NCBI RefSeq assembly: GCF_004010195.1
Contig: NC_057718.1
Location: 58,773,325 to 58,837,324 of the forward strand
Length of the DNA stretch: 64,000 nt
Direction of reading: 5' to 3'
Origin: Chiloscyllium plagiosum
Taxonomy: Eukaryota
A program made the translations under genes and the position numbers. This document shows positions 12,017-25,805 of this stretch, piece after piece; within the stretch, counting starts at the first letter, position 1; each line of letters opens with the position of its first letter. The notes below the pieces were generated by a model that was not told the origin of the DNA, ran no database searches, and was given only the letters and a program-made list of their open reading frames with translations.

Positions 12017-13723
12017 TACTTGTTTAAGCATCGATTCATTCCCTTCTGCACTCACTTCTCCTCCACTCACAGATTCCCTACCTCCTGTGTTTTCTGCTCC
12101 TCTAATTACAGTTATACTTTTCTTACTCTCACTCCAGCCTTTGATATTGAGTCTTAAATCCCTAAGCTTTTATTCCTACTGTCCCTGTTCCAACATAATT
12201 ACTCTAGATAACCCAAGGCAGCCCTAACAATGGGGTAGACACAATTGTTCTTTATTGAAACAAGATACATTACAAAATACTGCAATCATAATAGTGCATC
12301 GCAAGCCTAGCCATATAGAGCTTACAATCAAGTGAACTTGTCTGATGCTCAGACTGAAACAGGTGATCAGCTTGCTCTGTCCCAAGTTCCGTTCATTGAA
12401 CAAATGGCTCCTGTACCTGAGTTACTTATCATTCTGAGGCACCTTCTCTTCAACTCCTTTCTATGCAAGCAGTCTGTGTGAACAATCCTTGTTCAGTCTT
12501 CAGTGTTTGGCCACAGACAAACACCCCAAATGTATCACATTTGTCACTGTCCCTTGATCTTTCACTCATCAGGACATCTGTGTGCTTTCTCTGGAAGGAG
12601 GCTGATCTCTCAGTTTTAGCAAACCTCGACACCAGATCAGCCTGCTCAGAGGTACTCAGGAAACTGATACAGTTCAGTCAAGGGATCAAGCTACTCATAA
12701 AAACTATTTCCTTGCAGCTTTTGTGTTGTCTAATCAATCATTGGATATTTACACAATGTAATTCTGTGTTCAACAGCACTTTATTTTTCAGATAAATGGT
12801 TAACTGTCACATCTGGTGTTCTGTGTTTAATGAAACATAACCCAAATGCACCATGTCACCAGGTCAGTACATCTCCTGCTGAGTTTCAACCCTTAATTTA
12901 AATTCCTCCAGAGAACACAGAAAACACTCAATTCCCCATCCAACCAATTGACATATATCTTATATGTTTTTTTTCTCAATTTGGCTGACTCACCAAATTT
13001 AGAGTTACAACTCATATTCTCTCTCCAACCTTTAATGTTGATATTTGAATCACAGCCCCATCTCTCACTTAAGCTTTCAGTTATGACTGGTCTTTTTATG
13101 GCAATGCATAGTACATTTGAATTGACTGTGTCTCTACAGTTGTATGTTCCTTAGAGGAAGTATTAGTGGTCCTTGTACTTAACCCTAGGAAACACTACTG
13201 CATAATTTCCTTCCAGTTTTATATCCTTAAGAACATGGGAACACACCATTGCTTCTTTATTAATTCCATGTGCTTTAATGTTGTTAGCAAGCCCATTTTG
13301 GGGACATTTGTCAGTCATCATTTGCAAGTTAGTAGAATAAAGTGCCACCATCACATCGGATAAAATCCTGCACACAGTGAAATTGTAAATGGTGAACATG
13401 TTCTGACAATAAGCTCAGTTGAATGGGCTCCAACCAGACAAAATCTTGATATCTAAAGTACACAGTGGAAGACATAAACCATAAAGTTCCCTTAAAAAAA
13501 ATATATTTTTTTAATTAAGCAAAAAGATTGGCTACTGTGGAAATGGTGCAAGAAGCCAACAAATATATGTAGTTTGTCATACTGACCTTTGTTATAAAGT
13601 GATGGGTTTGGAGATGAATTTGATGGAGCTATGCTAAAAGGTGGAGGTGTAGAAAGTGGGTCAGGTGGATGGTGATCTTGATGCAGCAGTATTAAAAAAC
13701 TGTTCCTTTTGACTACTTTGCCT

Positions 13724-14480
13724 TTAGTTTTTGAATCTCATCAAGGACTCAGTGGGATGCAACAGCAGATCTATCAGTCTCCAAAAGACAATGCTCTTTT
13801 CCATATTTGTATTATGGTCTGTTGTACTTTTATTCAGTTCTTCACCTGATTTAATGAGGTCTGCCATCAACTCAAGTATCAAATGAGCCTCTTCCTTACA
13901 TTTATGTGATTTAATTAGTTCCACCAATTCAGTGAGACTGAGGAAACACTTTGATTCATTTGTGGCCATGTCATCAAATTCCTCCCCTGCGACTTACTTT
14001 CCAGCTCAGTAATCTTGATTCATTCAGCATAAACATTGGGGAATCCTGTGAAATCATCCACAGCCTCAGGCTAAGCCTTTTTTTTTAAACAGCAAGCATT
14101 AATAGTTGATTCTGAACCTCATCTCATGAGTCCTTAATTATTCATATCAATGAAAGGATGTTGAATTCGTTCATGGACAATGGTTGAAAGATTTGCTTCC
14201 ATGAGGTTGTAGCCGAAGCGTCTTCAAATGCAGTGAGCTTTGAAATTGCAATTACCCCTGGTATGTTGGCAAACAAATGACCTTGCACATCAAAAGCTGG
14301 GTGGCTATCTGCAAGAGAGCATGGATATCCATGTGTATTATTGAGGATAAATAAGAGTCTGAAAGCCAAGCTCTGACTCCCCTCAACTGAACCCTAACTT
14401 CATACAGAAATAATTCTTGAACCAGTCATGAAACACTGTTGCAATCCAGGCACTACTGAAATGAGGGAGGAATGGGAAAC
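13724..14480 (-). pseudogene. Tigger/pogo DDE transposase remnant
   Basis: Minus-strand motifs AWIATVFHDWFKNYF, LAFRLLFILNNTHGYP (cf. LLILDNAPGHP), VDDFTGFP and ELVELIKSH, in Tigger order; frameshifted. Confidence 0.7.
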
Positions 14481-17400
14481 CCATTCACCAGCAATTAAAC
14501 TCTTTAAAGAGGCAAATAGCCTGTCCAGTTCAAAGTGGGATTTTCAATCACCTTTTTAAGAATGAAATTGAACTGTTCGTGCATATTATTGCACACCAGT
14601 TGTGGTCCTCATTGTCAGAAGAAAACCATTCACCATCTGTGCTTCCTTCTGAGATTTGAGGGGTCACCTAGTGGTGGGTCAAACACTGTTACCTCGACCT
14701 GATGCCAATTTTGTATTGTCTTTGTCCTGCTGGATATTTGATGAGATGCCTGCTCTCCTCACAAGGCCTTTGAGTCCCCCAACAATGGTGCTGCATGCCT
14801 TTGTCACTTCCCGGAGGAACACTGTGCCTCTAATTGGGTGTCAAACTTGTCAGATTGTGTCATGAGAGTGATACAGTTCAGGCAAGGATCAGGAGCCAGA
14901 ATTCATCCTGTTACTAGGTTCCAGCGCTTCCTTTGACTTTTTGGCTCCATAATTCTCACAAATCCACGGACCATTTATCCCCACGTACAAGCTTGCTTCC
15001 ACTCTCCATGTTCCTGATTTCTGCAATACTCCCTGTTCAGCTTTAGACCACCTTCCATTCTTTGGAAAGTGCTTATTAACCCTCAACCTGTGATATATGA
15101 GTGATCTTTCCCTAATAATCACTCATTATCAAGTTCTTGTTTTCCACTACTTGGTTTTATATTTTCTGCAATCCTGTTTCTTCCCAGTAAACTCAGAGAT
15201 TCATAACTCCTTTCTTTCTTCATGGTGCTGCTTTCCTCCATGTAAGTCTAACATCTGTAATGGAAACCAATAATCTTTAAAGCACTCTTATTTTTCATCT
15301 AGAACTTTATCTTTGAGTAGTTCTTCCCATTTTTGATCTTTTATGTGTTACTTCAATCCATTGTTTTTATCATCTGTTCTTTCCTTGTTTAAAAATTAAA
15401 TGTAAAAGTATTATGATGAACACCCCATAATTATTATCTTATTTCAATTTGGCTATTTAATTTCTCCTCATTAATTTGCAACTGATCCATTATTACTCAT
15501 TCACTCTAGGTTTTCCTATACATGCTGTTTAAAAAAAGCTTTCGAAGTAGTTTTACAACTCCCTCATGCATACAGATTGTCGCTGCTGTCAGTCCCAGTG
15601 TCAATTAGCATGATTAGAATCTAAATGACCTCCCAGAGTGATTGATCTTTGCTTTATATTCTAATGACCTATAACATATTCTTGACAAACGTTCCTTGTT
15701 TGTACAAAATCATCATTGGAGACTGCTAATTTCCAGTTCCTTCCTTTCAGCAGTGTAATAATCTGTCTGATAAACTGTACCACGCAGGTCCTTTTAGAGC
15801 TGCACTTTGACTTGCAGATTACTCTCTTTCAATCTGCTTCCTTGAGCTAAATGTCAGTTACTCCATATTGACCTCCAATTCTATCTGCTGTGAAAACCAT
15901 CATCCACCCATCTGTGACACTCCCCTGGTTTGAATTTATCACATCTGTTTCAGTTATCCAGCTGCTAAAGTAAATGAACTTCCTCAGTTAAAAAAAGGCA
16001 ATCCCAAATATAGAATCTTCCTTTTCCCCGCTTGCTCCATTTAGACAAGAAATGTCTTCCCCCTAAACAATCGGGGTGACTTTAAGCTAATTCACCCAGC
16101 AAGAGAACCAGCAGTCTGAGAGCTCAAACCATCTGGGTGACTTACCTCTGATGTCTATGTCTAACATTGGCTGAGATATGTACTGCCAAGATCAGAGGAC
16201 TTTGGCACCAGCCTCAGCCCTTATCTACCCAATTCCTTCTGCAAGTTAAAGTAGCGGCTGTGTTGAGTCACCATGAACATGCCAAATTTGTCTCTCACTG
16301 ATAAGTCAAGCACATGGCATGGGGAGTAAAGCGAAGATTGTAAGGATTGCTGTTGTAGAATCTTCATTCTACATTCATCCAGGACATTATCTTGTAACAG
16401 GAAATAAACTTGTACACATTAGTACTGTCATTGATAATATGATGGAAAGTTTCTCAGTGTGGAGATGGAATTTGGTGCCACAAGGAATGTGGTCACTCTG
16501 TGAGTCATGGACAGATGCATCTATGACCAAGAAGATCAAGGATAAGTAGGTTATTTCTGTCATAGATACAAACAGACAAGTATGTCCTTCAGAACTTGGT
16601 CAACTTTGTCAGTAGTCATGCGAGCAAGCCACCTTTGGTGACAAACATTGAGGTCCCTTACCGTACCCTCAATGTACTTCCATGTGGTGTTTGGTACAGA
16701 GGAGAACTAATTCATCAGCTGAGGGAGAGCAGTATGAGGTAGAAAGTACCAGTGTTTCTCTAGATCCCATAATGCGTATTGGCTGAACAGTTTAATGCCT
16801 TGAGTTAGGCTGTGGGACAGCTCTCCTAATTTTGGCACAAATCCCCAGATGCTAGTGAGGGAGTACCACAGAGTAATCAGGCAGGGTGTGCCTTTGTCAT
16901 TTCTGGAGCTGAGGTTGGTGTTAGGTGGCTTATTGGGTTTTATTCTTATTTAACTCTCTGCCATGTAGACCAGATCATATAAGGATGGAAAATATTTCCT
17001 GAACGGCATTAATGAAGCACTTGGGATTTTATAATGATCTAGTTATTTATGAAGTTAGCATTTGATTCCAGAGTTACTAACTAATTTAATTTTAATTCAG
17101 CTGTTATCATAGTGAGATTTCAACTTGTGTGTACAATTCTCAGTCCCCTATGAGCAGGTTTCAGGTGAGACTGTCTGACAGATTGAACTTTTTCCAATCT
17201 CCTCTCACACGTTCCTGCCCCTGCCCCAATTTAACCTGAGGTGGGTCAGGTATTTGAAAGTCTTGTGCCAATTAGCTAATGAAGTGGCTATTTAATGGCC
17301 ACTTTCCATCTCTGACACTGTAAAAGCTGTCTAGAAAAATACACACTCAAAATCTTACACTGCAGTAAATATTTTCCATTGTGCAAAATTCTTCATTCTT

Positions 17401-18044
17401 TCATCTGTGGAAGAGCAGAGCTATAAAAATACAAATGAATTTGCTATTTTCCTCTTTTTATTGTATGTCTGGTGGCCACAGAGTACAGCTGAAGATAATT
17501 GTGTGAGGATAAATGTCTCATGAATTTGATCCAGGTGGTGAGAGAGGACAGAGAAAAAGTCACTCAAGAAATGATTATTGGAATACCATTACTCAGGCCA
17601 TCATTATGTGCATACTTCATGGCTCAATAAGTGATGAGTCAGCTTAAACGTCTGTTCAGAAGGTGTCGGTTTCTCTGCTTTTGGTATTTCAAAGTAGACA
17701 GTGAATGAAGCTTTCCTATTTCTAATATAATGGGCTACTTTAGATGCAAGTTAATTGAACAGGATTTTTTTAGATCATTTATCATTATTAGGTTTCCAAC
17801 TGAGCCATATTTCTACGGTAAGGTATAATCGTTGACAAAAAAAGAATCACAAGAGTTGCTTCTCCCTTTCAGAAGAAAAAATATTAAAAACTATAGTGGC
17901 TGATAAGCAACAGTAGTTCATTCTATATGTATATCCATGGAAATGACTGGATGTGTCTCATTATTTATTCTGTATGCAATATTTGAAATAACTTAATTTA
18001 TAATATTGGACTAAAATTCATAATGCCTAAATTGTTCTTTACAG

Positions 18045-18164
18045 GCTCCATATAGGCGGATGTCAGGGGCTGATGGGACATTGTCATCTCCAAGTCATCA
18101 AAGTGGAAAATGTGGATATAATTCATTGCCACAGAAACCTGAAGCTGTGGTTCATGCTATCAAG
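18045..18164 (+). CDS. CCDC85A: Internal coding exon of a CCDC85-family gene (likely CCDC85A)
   Basis: Acceptor ttgttctttacag, donor AAG|gtatgt; 120 bp, phase 0, open frame APYRRMSGADGTLSSPSHQSGKCGYNSLPQKPEAVVHAIK. QKPEAVVHA matches the CCDC85 C-terminus and SGADG..SSP matches CCDC85A, as I recall them; paralog assignment is from memory. Confidence 0.85.
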
Positions 18165-19144
18165 GTATGTGTCACCCTCCAACAGTTAAAACGTTGCAGA
18201 GTATGGATTCTTATCATAAACGTACTTTCGTAGATTAAAAATAATGTTAGTAGTGTTATAATTCAGACTAAGTGAGCAGAGACCTTGTGGGTACGGACAA
18301 CCTGTGCCCCCATCCCCAGCCAGGTGCGAATTCCATTTCACTCTGGCTCCAGCTCTGGTCCTCACAATAGAGCTGAAATGACACTGTCACTGTGCACTGC
18401 TCCCACAGGGGACCACATTTGGTGGTAAAAATTAATCTGCATCATTTTTTGGGTGCAGAAGGTCATGACTTGAAATCTGCCTGCCTCTGCTGCCATGAAG
18501 ATAGTGAGCGGTCAAATTCGTTACAGCCTCCTGATTTATGTTATGCTATCCTGTTGGCTGTCTCAGCAGCATTCATTCTCTTATACAGTGTAAATAGCTT
18601 GCTCCACTTAAAGGCAGTCTGCCCAACTTATAAATTAACTATTGCATGATTGCCTGGAAAGAATGTAGCAGCTTGCACAAGTGGAGATTGTGAGGGACGA
18701 GAGAGGGACCTAAGGTACTCATTGAGGCATTGTTCATTGAGGTATAAAGGTGAGGCGTATGTTTCCACAGTGACCAGGTGGCTGTCAGATAAAGGTAATG
18801 ATGGGAAAATGAGGTTAATTCCAGGAAACTGGCCTCAAGAACTTAGCAACATTAATTTAAGAAGAATGCAATGGCCACAGTCATCATTGCATGACATTTC
18901 CTACATGATATATCACTGATCTCTTGTACTGTAAAATATAACCCACCCCCTATTAGTTTTCTCTGCACTCAGGATTTGTGCCTAATATACACATAACGCA
19001 CATCACTCTCATGCACCTTCTAGCCTCACATTTCACTCAGACTATTTTCACATGTCTGCAGCTATTCCATTGTGCAAGGTATATCACCCACGTACAATGA
19101 AACACAATTAATGACATTCTGTTCTCTCTCTTGCAGGACACAAT

Positions 19145-20803
19145 GACATGCAATAAGATGTTGTCAGGAATGGAAGGTTTGAGTTATAGGGAGAAGCAAG
19201 ATAGGCTAGGACATTTTTCACTAGAGCGCAGGATTTTGAGGAGTGACATTATATAGGTTTTTAAAATCAGGAGGGGTATGGATAAGGTAAATGGTAGGTG
19301 TCTTTTCCCTAGGATGGGGGATTTTAAGACTGGGGGCATGTTTTAAAATGAGAGGAGAAAGATTTTAAAAAGACATGAGCAGCAACGTTTTTACACAGTG
19401 AGTGGTTTGTATGTGGAATGAACTTCCAGATAAAGTGAAAATGGGGGAGATACTAAATGAATATTTTGTATCAGTATTTACTGTGGAAAAGGATATGGAA
19501 GATATAGACTGTATCTCTGTGGGAAGCTAGAGAAGTGCTTGCTGGGCCTCTTGCTGAGATATTTGTATCATTGATAGTCACAGATGAGGTGCCGGAAGAC
19601 TGGAGGTTGGCAAAAGTGGTGCAATTCTTTAAGAAGGGCGGTAAAGACAAGCCAGGGAATTATAGACTGGTGAGGCTGACCTCAGTGGTGGGCAAGTTGT
19701 TGGAGGGAATCCTGAGGGGCAGGATGTACATGTATTTGGAAAGGCAAGGACTGATTAGGGATAGTCAACGTGGCTTTGTGCATGGGAAATCATGTCTTGC
19801 AAACTTGATTGAGTTTTTTGAAGAAGTAACAAAGAAGATTGATGAGGGCAGAGCAGTAGATGTGATCTATATGGACTTCAGTAAGGNNNNNNNNNNNNNN
19901 NNNNNNNNNNNNNNNNNNNNNNNNNNNNNNNNNNNNNNNNNNNNNNNNNNNNNNNNNNNNNNNNNNNNNNNNNNNNNNNNNNNNNNNNNNNNNNNNNNNN
20001 NNNNNNNNNNNNNNNNNNNNNNNNNNNNNNNNNNNNNNNNNNNNNNNNNNNNNNNNNNNNNNNNNNNNNNNNNNNNNNNNNNNNNNNNNNNNNNNNNNNN
20101 NNNNNNNNNNNNNNNNNNNNNNNNNNNNNNNNNNNNNNNNNNNNNNNNNNNNNNNNNNNNNNNNNNNNNNNNNNNNNNNNNNNNNNNNNNNNNNNNNNNN
20201 NNNNNNNNNNNNNNNNNNNNNNNNNNNNNNNNNNNNNNNNNNNNNNNNNNNNNNNNNNNNNNNNATAGAGGTTTACAAAATTGAGGGGCTTGGATAGGAT
20301 AAATAGGCAAAGTATTTTCCCTGGGATCAGGGAGTCCAGAACTAGAGGGCATAGGTTTAGGGTGAGAGGGGAAAGATATAAAAGAGACCTAAGGGGTAGC
20401 TTTTTCACACAGAGGGTAGTATGTGTATGGAATGAGCTGCCAGTGGAAGTGGTGGAGGCTGGTACAATTGCAACATTTAAGAGGCATTTGGATGGGTATA
20501 TGAATAGGAAGGGTTTGGAGGGATATGGGCTGGGTGAGACAAGATTGGGTTGGGATACCTGGTCAGCATGGGCAGGTTGGACCGAAAGGTCTGTTTCCAT
20601 GCTGAACATCTCTATGACTCTAAGTGGTGGATGTTGGTACAGTTACAACATTTAAAAGACATTTGAATAATTGCATGAATAGGAAAGGTTTGGAGGAACA
20701 TGGGCCAAGCACAAGCAGGTCAGACTAGATTAATTTGGGATTATAGTCAGCATGGACTGGTTGGACCGATGGGTCTGTTTCCATACTGTATGACTCTATG
20801 ACT
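19145..20803 (+). mobile_element. Nested CR1s: younger CR1 (19438-20621) inserted in an older CR1 3' end
   Basis: Inner RT motifs VPEDWRLAKV, PGNYRLV, VDVIYMDFSK and C-terminus TRGHRFRV; aagtg duplicated at 19433-19437 and 20622-20626; outer CR1 resumes with its own tatgactc tail. Confidence 0.85.
19887..20264. other. Assembly gap (N run) inside CR1
   Basis: 378 N bases. Confidence 1.
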
Positions 20804-22673
20804 TGTAAATCCTTAGCCCCATGGTAAGAGCTGGTTCTCTGCAAAATAGGGCTAGCTGCAACAGAGCACATATGGCAAGACTGTGTACAATGAAAATGGT
20901 GTTTTAGGCCTGTTTTATACTGCTTCTAAATTTCCAGCAACATCAAACTGCTGGCAGGCATGATGGGCAAACTGCTGATAGTGTTACAGGACTTTCTTGC
21001 CTTCTAACATACCCCTCTTCCCTAAGCCAAACATTCCACTTTCAGATTCCAGACACCCAGTGACACCTACCCAGCTACATTAGCCCAAGGAGAAGAGAGA
21101 ACAACTCTACATCCAGAGATGTGACAAGGGAAACAATGAAAATCACATGAAAAAGGGGGGGCAATTAACTGCAGTGTTACCTATCTGATCACTATCAAAT
21201 GATTTTTGATAGAAGTGCAACTGTGTGAATGTCAATAAACGTCAAGATCAGGAACTACTTTACGGACACTCATTGTTGAACCTCCTCACTTACCAGCTGG
21301 GTAGCTATCATATGGCATTGTGGCTGACTGTATGATAAGAAAATCCTGGGCAAGATTCCTTCATCAGCAAGCACCACTGATATATGGAGATTATTTAATT
21401 ATTCATCTAATTAATTTATTTTGAGGTCTGTTGTGTGTACAATTATTGGCATGAGTATCTACTTTCCTCGAACTACACAGTGTAATTTATTTTATGTAAA
21501 GCATGCAATGATGTTTCTAAGGTATATACTTAGTTGGCCTATAAATTCATGTCTTTGTTTTTAGCTGTAATATTTGACAAAGTTTTGTCAGGTTTTCTTT
21601 CCTGAGCCAGTCTGGGTCAATTTTTAGAAAGATAAACTTCATGTCAGTGCAGTATATTAGAGCAACATTTGGCTAATGATAACTATGAAAAAATATTTAA
21701 ATGTTAAGGTGGCCCTTTCTAAACTTTTATCTATGACAAGGTCTCTTATATTACCTATTCTGAACACATATTTTATCGCAGATTTCTAAATAAATTTAGG
21801 GAAAGTGAAATATCTTGGCTTTAAAAACATTTTGCCCTATTTAGATCGAAAACTGGAGGAACAGTTCACTAATCAAATGGTTAATTTCTCAGATCAAGTG
21901 AATATATTCTTCTGTTTACAATAGTTCTTCCTCCCACTACATTTATCAAATTCTTTTACCAATTCCTTGTCCTCTCGGTTCTATAAACTGTCAGAACAGC
22001 ACTTTGTTATAGCTAGTATCAATTTACTTGAAGGAAATGGATGTGTAAAATAGAATAAAAATAGTGGGTTCATGTATGAAGTTTATCTCAATCTTACCAC
22101 TTTTACTTGGTTTTCTAGAACAAATGAAGTATTATGTGATTGCTAACAGTGCTAATCTGCACTAATGCCCAAATCACAACTTGAATCATATTTCCCACGA
22201 TGCCCAGTGCCTCCTTGTTTGAAAATGTAATCTCCAGTCTCCTTTCAAATCACTTTCATCTTTTGGAGTATTGTTTTCATGGACTGCCTGCAAGTATCTA
22301 GATCAGAATAAAGCGTGTCACATTGATCTGTTTTGTTGCAATCAGCCAATAATGAAACCACATTGATGAACTCTGCAATGACACAATAGCCAATCTTTAT
22401 TATTCCACACCCATTCTAGGAAAAAAAAGTATATAACTTAAAATAACATTTGAGTCAAATTTTCATCTTGATATTCCTCTTGTCTAAAAGCTAAAGTCTA
22501 CTATTGTTTGCTTGTCTCTGCAGTTGTTTTCAAATATGCCTAACACCACCTTTTTAGATATTCACATATATAAATATATGGAAGTTATTGTCATGTGATA
22601 ACAGACGTGTTGTAATTGTTTTGCTTCATGCTGCTGCTAATAATATCTATATTTGCATATTTGTTAAACTTAG

Positions 22674-22766
22674 GTTGTGGAAGTGCACGAAAAAGTGGAC
22701 AAAGATGAAGACTACGAGAATGACCTGAGTGAAACAGAGAAAGCAATAGTTAGAGAGATGTGTAAT
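22674..22766 (+). CDS. CCDC85A: Next coding exon of the CCDC85-family gene
   Basis: Acceptor aaacttag, donor AAT|gtgggt; 93 bp, phase 0, VVEVHEKVDKDEDYENDLSETEKAIVREMCN, in frame with the previous exon; DLSExEKAIVREMCN is the conserved CCDC85A/C motif. Confidence 0.87.
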
Positions 22767-23914
22767 GTGGGTAAATTGTGCCACAGTATTCAGTTGCTGT
22801 TGTGTCTGCCACCTAACTCTCATTTAGTGGATCCTTAGTTCTTGAAAATGAGCACAGCAAGTAAGGCTAAGAATTTAACAAAACACTTGTTATACTTTTA
22901 TTAAACAACTTTTTGTAAAAGGAAAAAAAAAGTCCTGTTAGAAAATAAGTTTCTTTTTGTTTCATTGCAGGCACAGCAGACCTGTTAGGAAATTTAGGGT
23001 GTTGCTCATAATACTCTCCATACTAATTCAAAAATATGAATCTAATATTAAATTCAAATACACATCTTAATTTAGTGTTGCCATTGTAATAGGTTTAATT
23101 CCTCATTTCTAGAAACTGGTTACAGGCAAGTTTAGATTATGAACCTTTCATATGGATTTAAAATCCATAGGACTGACATTTGTCCTGAGGGAAGTGAAAC
23201 TCAACTGCTTTGTCATGGGAATCCAATTCATTGTATCTTACAGCCTAGTCATTCCTAAGTATCGTGTAAACTTTAGGTGCCTCAAATATTTACCCAAAAA
23301 AGCAATGTTAGTGAAAATAACATAGCTTCAACATTTTTATGAAATTGACCAGTGTGTAAATGAATAGTGACATTTTTAGATAATTTAGCTAAATCTTCAT
23401 CCAAAGTGATAATGAGTAATCAGTGACTTAAGACAATGCATCAGCACTATTTTACAAAATCTATAAGGTTTTGTATTGATATCTCGTGAACTACCTACAC
23501 AAAACTGTAGGCAATGTATTATCAAGGAAGTGTTTTCATCAATGGAATGAAGAGTGTTGTTATGATTAGGCAAACAGGTTTTGCAATCTGTCAAGTATCA
23601 AACAGACTCATGTAACATTGAGATCAAACTTTTAGGCAAAAGACAAGGGATCAGTTTTTCCATGAGTAATACTATCAAGGGGCTGAAAAGAATGTCAGGT
23701 GCCGATTATGGTAGTAACATTGCTTGTTGGCCATGGTTCTGAATTTAGCAGTGAAGAGCTGTCCCCAGCTATCTGCTGGCATTTCTGATCTTTAAATAAG
23801 AAAAGAGTAATTGTAAAAGAGACTTGCTGTACTGCTTCTATCCAACCCATTCCAAAATGAGTATAGAGTGTATGAAAAATGCAGGTCTTTAAAGCCAAAA
23901 GTTTGAGTCATTGA

Positions 23915-24308
23915 GTCATAAAGTCAAAGAGTCATGCAGCACAGAAACAGACCTTTCAGTCCAATTCATCCATGCTAATCAGATAGCCCAAACTAAAGTG
24001 GTCCATTTGCATGCATTTGACCCATATCCTTCTAAATCTTTCCTATTCATGTACCTATCCAAATGTCTTTAAATATTGTAACTGTACCTGCATCTACTGC
24101 TTCCTCTGCCAGTTAATTCCACATAAGAACCAATCTTGGAAAAACTCAACAGGATATATATATAAGGTATGTATAAATGACTTGGATCAAAATATAGGTG
24201 GGTGGGTCAGTAAGTTTGCAGATGAAACAAAGATCAGTGGAGTCGTGAATCATGCAGAAGGTTATCAAAGGATACAGCGGGATATAGATCAGTTGCAGAC
24301 ATGGGCAG
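23915..24308. mobile_element. CR1 3' tail (-) plus inserted CR1 RT fragment (+)
   Basis: gagtcat tail on minus; INDLDQNIGGWVSKFADETK on plus; the minus copy resumes after the HE1 at ~24654. Confidence 0.7.
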
Positions 24309-24314
24309 GGTAGG

Positions 24315-24653
24315 GGGACAACATGATGGCTTAGTGGTTAGCACTGCTGCCTCATAGCACCAGGGACCCAGGTTCGATTCCAGCCTCAGGCAGCTGTCTG
24401 TGTGGAGTTTGCACATTCTCCCCGTGTTTGATGGGTTTTCTCCGGGTACTCTGGTTTCCTCCCACAGTCCAAGATTAGGTTAGGTGAATTGGCCGTGTTA
24501 AATTGCCATGGTGTTCAGGGATATGTAGGTTAGGTGCATTAGTCAGGGGTAAATATAGGGTAGGGGAATAGGTCTCGGTGGGTTACTCTTCGGAGGGTCA
24601 GTGTGGACTTGTTGGGCCAAAGGGCCTGTTTCTACACTGTAGGGATTCTATGA
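24315..24653 (+). mobile_element. HE1-type SINE
   Basis: Full tRNA head, V-core and gggattctatga tail. Confidence 0.9.
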
Positions 24654-24958
24654 CCTTCTGTGTGAAAAGGCTGTCCCTCAAGACTCTTTTAACACAATAT
24701 CTTCATACACAGACCTCAAAATGTTTCCCTGTTATTAATATCACCGCTTCCATTTTAAATGCAACTTACATAACAGCAATGCATTTCAGAATAGATTTTA
24801 GTGTTTTTGTAATGCTGCAATCATAAATTATAAATTAATTGTTGAAACCTATTGTTCAAAGATACTCAGCACTTGGTCAAGGCATCCAGTATTTGTGGTG
24901 GATACTGAGAGCCACCCATCTACCCATTCCTCCAAACCTTTCCCAATTCCTCCATTGC

Positions 24959-25805
24959 ACAAGATGCAGATGGCAGATGCAGTTTAATGTGGATAAATGT
25001 GTGGTTATCCACTTTGGTGGCAAGAACAGATTACTACCTAAATGGAGTCAAGTTAGGTAAAGGGGCAGTACAACGAGATCTAGGTGTTCTTGTACATCAG
25101 TCAATGAAAGCAAGCATGCAGGTACAGCAGGCAGTGAAGAAAGCTAATAGCATGCTGGCCTTCATAACAAGAGGGATTGAGTATAGAAGCAAAGAGGTCC
25201 ATCTGTAGCTGTACAGGGCCCTGGTGAGACCACACCTGGAATATAGTATGCAGTTTTGGTCTCCAAATTTGAAGAAACACATTCTGGCTATTGACGGAGT
25301 GCAGCATAGGTTCACGAGGTCAATTCCCGGAATGGCGGGACTATCTTACGCTGAGAGATTGTATACGACTGGGCTTGTATACGCTTGAGTTTAGAAGGCT
25401 GAGAGGGGATCTGATTGAGACATATAAGATTATTAAAGGATTGGACACTCTGGAGCAGGAAGCATGATTCCGCTGATGGGTGAGTCCCGAACCAGAGGAC
25501 ACAGTTTTAAAATAAGGGGTAGGCCACTTAGAACAGAGTTGAGGAGAAAATTCTTCACCCAGAGAGTGGTGCGTGTATGGAATGCTCTGCCTCAGAAGGC
25601 TGTGGAGGCCAAGTCTCTGAATACTTTCAAGAAAGAGTTGGATAGAGCTCTTAAAGATAGTGGAATCAAGGGTTATGGGGATAAGGCAGGAACAGGATAC
25701 TGATTGAGGATGATCAGCCATGACCATAATGAATGGTACTGCTGTCTCAAAAGGCAGATTGGTCTAATCCTGCACCTATTGTCTATTATCTATTGTCTAT
25801 TATCA
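24959..25805 (+). mobile_element. 5'-truncated CR1 LINE
   Basis: WQMQFNVDKC, QRDLGVLVH, TRGHSFKIRG, FFTQRVVRVWNALP; tattgtc repeat tail. Confidence 0.92.

Noticed and set aside
12336..12370. Hammerhead-like ctgatgc...gaaac
   Set aside because: Core is CUGAUGC rather than CUGANGA, and no convincing stems or GUH site.
18650..18919. Possible Harbinger Myb/SANT ORF remnants (also ~38577-38786, ~46800-47200)
   Set aside because: Too degenerate; no diagnostic motif or TIR I can support.
19535..20609. Long ORFs (249, 243, 161 aa) in the ORF track
   Set aside because: Length comes from reading through the N gap; the real parts are CR1 RT fragments.
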